NCBI GenBank assembly: GCA_965637545.1
Contig: OZ281500.1
Coordinates: forward strand, 7,254,001 to 7,318,000
Length of the DNA: 64,000 bases
Direction of reading: 5' to 3'
From: Phallusia mammillata
Taxonomy: Eukaryota
Shown here: piece by piece, positions 60,401-64,000 of the stretch
Numbering within the stretch: position 1 is the stretch's first letter
Layout: every line of letters starts with the position of its first letter
Translations under genes and position numbers: made by a program
The notes under the pieces: generated by a model
Told to the model about the DNA's origin: nothing
Database searches by the model: none
What the model saw: only the letters and a program-made list of their open reading frames with translations

Positions 60401-63400
60401 CCCATACAAAGGACGCGACACTTTGTCGTTGGAGTAAGAGGCTGACAAGTACAATCTAACTGACCAGGTACCCAATGCGCCATCCTGGGTACATGTTTCT
60501 TCAACAATCATACGACAATATGTACTGTGTTGCAGGCCTCCGACGTGTTTGAGGAACTTCGCACTGATCATCCACATCACGTGACCGGCCTCGCGCTCTA
60601 TAGCACCACCTTGTGGCACTTGCAGGACAGCATTGCTCTTTCGACGCTCGCCCACAGTCTCATCGAGCTTGATCCCATGTCAACTGAGGTTGGTTACTGA
60701 GTGAAAATGATATACTTATTAACCGTTATGCGGTCACTAAATATAATGGTAGAAGCGTTCGACTTAACGGAAGTGTAGATTTGGTCGAAGATCAATTTTT
60801 CTTGGCAATGTGGCATCTCAATTACTATTAAAACATCAGCGTTTTTTTGCTGTTTAGCAAGGAATGACTTATAACCCATAGTTTGTGGGAAAGCATTCAT
60901 GCAAAGTTCACAGATAACGAACATAACGTAATCCTCGGTTAACTTGATTTCGGTTAATTCGGATGAAACTTGAGGTACAAATGATTTTTGTTGTGATAAG
61001 GCTTGAACCAAACGACATTGGTTAATCCGGATCTTCGCCTAATCTGGACAAATGTTTCGTGACATCTTACCAACTTGCATGTATTTATCGCACAGACATG
61101 GTGTTCTGTGGGGAACTGCTTCTCTCTTCGTCACGACAACGAAAGTGCTGTGAAGTTTTTCTGTCGTGCTGTGCAAATTGACCCACAATACGCGTATGCT
61201 CACACCTTGCTCGGCCACGAATACGCTTACAGCGATGACAACGAGCGAGCAATGGCTTGTTACCGAAAAGCTATTCACTGCGACCCAAGGCATTACAACG
61301 CATGGTGGGTGTTTCGTTTTTACGATTTTATTTGTTTATGATCATGTAGTTTGCGATTATAATTTCCTGGTGGTAATTAGTGCGTTTCAATGTACTTGTT
61401 TGCGTTGGATAAAACACATACAATATAGTACATTAGTAAACATGCAGTGAGACTTATTATGGTCTGATATACATAGAGGATATACATAGAGACTGATAGA
61501 GGAGTGCATCTAGCAAAATATGTGGCCCACAGGCTCAAAGAACTTGACGCTTGAAAATTTGATACGGTTACAAGTATTTTCCACGTTTCCTCTGCACTTA
61601 CATGCAACTCTCGCTTACTACTGAATTCCTAAACATTTAACGTTTATTTTTCAGGTACGGCATTGGGTCAATTTATTACAAACAGGAAAATTTTGCCTTA
61701 GCTGAAATTCATTTCAAGAAAGCACTTTCAATTAACATGAGAAGTTCGGTGCTGTTGTGTCATCTTGGTACGTTCTATATATTATCCTAGTTTTTTTTTC
61801 ACATTTTGTGACCATCCGAAACTCTTATGGTAATCCCCTCTCATAAATTTGACATGCTTTGGGGGATAAATATTTGATTTTATGGAGTATGCAAAATCAA
61901 AATTTATGTAGTATGCGAAATTAGGGAACTAAAAAAGAGTAAATTTTGCCGTGATCGTTGTTCTGCATAAACTGGCCGATTACTCGCATACTGGCGATGT
62001 GTATTTACTTTTTACTACGAAGCTGACATGTGCACCATACGAGGTAGGCAACGGCCATTGTGATTCAACTTTCGACGGACTTACCACTGAGCCTGTGTGG
62101 CGTGGCTCAATTGGTAGATTGCGAGTCCCGAAAAGATTCATGTGGATTTTTCTTGCCTTTACGCCTTTCCTTATGAGAATGCTTTTTGTCCGACTGATTG
62201 GGTATAACGATTTCAATAGACCTGGTGTACTATGAACCACGTTCGGATTAGGCTGGTTATGCAAAAATGTAAACGAAAGCTGTTTTCGACAGGAATCGTT
62301 CAACATGCACAGAAGCGATCAACGACGGCATTAAACACCCTTGCTAATGCGTTGTCCCTGGAACCTCGCAATGCGCTGTGTAAATTTCACCGTGCAAGTA
62401 TTTTATTCGCCACCGACCGCCACGAGGAGGCGCTAAAAGAACTGCTCCAATTGAAACTGATTGTGCCGAAAGAAAGCCTCGTCTATTTCCTACTGGGCAA
62501 GGTGAGACCCATTGCTAAACAATAGTTCTATTCTGGAATTGCATCAAACGTTTGGGTATTTAGCGCTTAAGGTTTACTTGCATTGGCTGTAGGCTTAACA
62601 AAACCTAGCTAAACGGAGTATTAAATATAAATTCACATTTGGGAATCAGTTTTGGATAGTTTTTGTAACATATAGTTAACTTTATTTAAAACCTTAAAAT
62701 CGACTGTAGGCTCAACAAACATAGCTAAACGGAAGTTAAACTATTTAAACGCAGTACTAAACAAAAAGATTGTTCAGGTTTACAAGGTTTTGGGTGAAAA
62801 CCATCTCGCTATGATGAACTTCTCATGGGCGCTTGACCTCGATCCAAAGGGAATCAACAATCATATTAAGGAGGCAATTGATAAACAACAGGCTGGTGAG
62901 GACGGCAAAATGTTCGATGACGGTGGAGAAACTGACAACAACGGTAAGACTGTATGCATTGTGACAGGACTGCTGTGTAAATCCGAGGTAGCTCTGTTTG
63001 AATAGGATGAACAGCTTTTTGGATCGATTTCTGTTATTGGACGTCAGTATGGTACATGTAAAATGATTTTGGCACCGGAAAAAAATTGACCAGCGCTATT
63101 TTGTGTGGAATAAATTTGTTTTGCCTGCGGATTTAGATTTTTGTTAAACACTCTTATTTTAAACCGGAAATAATTAGTTAAATACATTTTCCCAACTTTT
63201 GGTTCGGAAATAAAATAAAAAATACAAATTTTCACGTCATTTTTCATGTTTAAGTTGGCCACTCTTGGTATAAAACGTTTAGGCTAATTATTGACAAATC
63301 GTGATGACGTCAATGACTTTTGATTTGCGTCACGTGACGTCATGTTGTACGTAAAAGGTACAGAACTCGATTAAAAACGATCAAGATTACAAACCGGTAT

Positions 63401-63500
63401 TTCCTTTTAATCAGAAGATTCCAACAACAGTTCGGGGGACTTAGCGACCGCTATGGTTGAGGACGAATCAACAGAACATGACAGCGACGAGAGTTTGTGA
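54413..63500 (+). CDS. CDC27: Anaphase-promoting complex subunit CDC27/APC3 (TPR protein)
   Basis: First exons 54413-54448, 54507-54582, 54667-54814 and 54889-55187 (NAIWNCLNHYAYGDALFLAERLFAE, ALYLLATAYYR). Low-complexity middle exons (SFGVMPLIETPSP). TPR exons start at about 59766, 60536, 61096, 61655, 62292 and 62778 (GLMTLLR, WCSVGNCFSL, YAHTLLGHEY, RHYNAW, CKFHRASIL, PKESLVYFLLGKVYK, AMMNFSWALDLDPKG). Last exon 63415-63500 ends SDESL*. Confidence 0.93.
57112..58578. mobile_element. Helentron-associated (HINE/DINE-1-like) non-autonomous element in a CDC27 intron
   Basis: 5' subterminal IR ATGGGTCCCC (57115-57124) overlaps a local hairpin GTCCCCTTC/GAAGGGGAC (57119-57139). The partner GGGGACCCAT (58543-58552) is followed directly by a stem-loop GTTTTTGC-TT-GCAAAAAC (58555-58572). 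No TSD is visible. Confidence 0.65.
60096..60139 (+). ncRNA. Minimal type I hammerhead ribozyme-like motif (Penelope-type)
   Basis: TACC-CTGATGA-ATGC-GAC-(11 nt)-GTC-GAAA-CGTT-GGTA. Core CUGAUGA and GAAA, stem I TACC/GGTA, stem II GAC/GTC, palindromic ACGT stem III and a GUU cleavage triplet. There is a 4-nt insertion after the core. Confidence 0.6.
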
Positions 63501-63904
63501 ATTCTACTCAGCAGTGATTCAGCATTACCTGTCTCCAGCCTTACGTCCCATGAGCCCGACCTACACGTCCGTCAGTGGCAGTAAAACATCTTGACCTCCT
63601 GCATTTATCGTATTGTGTTGTCTACATATACGCGCGCATGTATGAAATAAAATTACAAGTGTGCGACAATTGTTTTTACAACATTTTCTTGTTTTGGGAA
63701 TCCAGGGCATCTGCTCCCATTAGTATCATCTCCACAACTTGAATTAATTGACTTAACGACAATGACTAATTTAATTGATCAACCAACGCAACATCATATA
63801 ATCTGTTGTGCAATAAGGCAAACATAGAAAACAAACGTACACATTTAAAAAAAAATCGCTCGCTTTAAATTATGAGCAAAACAAATACGAGACATAAAAA
63901 AGCT

Positions 63905-64000
63905 CTATGACTCCTGTGGCGCGGATTGGGCGTTTTCTCGATTACGTTTTTCATGGAATTCACTGTGGCTAGAAACTTCGCTGATAGGAACCATACAACA
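63905..64000 (-). CDS. Possible C-terminal end of a gene entering from the right edge
   Basis: Open frame from the window edge to TAG (...MVPISEVSSHSEFHEKRNRENAQSAPQES*), convergent with CDC27. No recognisable motif. Confidence 0.2.
   Translation of the reverse strand, partial: CCMVPISEVSSHSEFHEKRNRENAQSAPQES

Noticed and set aside
62586-62735. Short direct duplication (CTGTAGGCT.AACAAA...TAGCTAAACGGA) in a CDC27 intron
   Set aside because: A local two-copy duplication with no further structure.

Overview
AT-rich eukaryotic genomic DNA with high gene density and many short GT-AG introns. It reads like an invertebrate chordate, probably an ascidian; this is an inference from intron size, gene density and chordate-like proteins. 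I assembled exon models by hand. In order they are: the 3' part of an axonemal dynein heavy chain (DNAH3-like, +), a TGN38/KCT2-family type I membrane protein (+), a C4orf45/SPMIP2 (DUF4562) ciliary protein (-), a PSD/EFA6 Sec7-PH ArfGEF (-), two intact tandem MFSD4-like transporters (-), PCBD/DCoH (-), MAD2 (+), POMT2 (-), an intronless FAAP24 (-), a RIPK-type kinase (+) and CDC27 (+). Introns and spacers hold many non-autonomous DNA transposons: four hAT-type elements with perfect 8-bp target-site duplications (TSDs), three foldback/Mutator-like elements with 9-11-bp TSDs (one nested), and a Helentron-type (HINE/DINE-1-like) element. The most notable observations are: (1) the RIPK-like kinase ends in what looks like a degenerate Rho-type pseudo-GTPase domain instead of a CARD, death or ankyrin domain; (2) a Penelope-type minimal hammerhead ribozyme lies in sense orientation inside a CDC27 intron; (3) FAAP24-POMT2 is a candidate operon, and convergent MAD2 and POMT2 have overlapping bidirectional poly(A) signals; (4) both MFS paralogues keep a GC-AG intron. 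I found no rRNA, convincing tRNA or CRISPR array. Protein identities come from recalled family motifs, not database searches.
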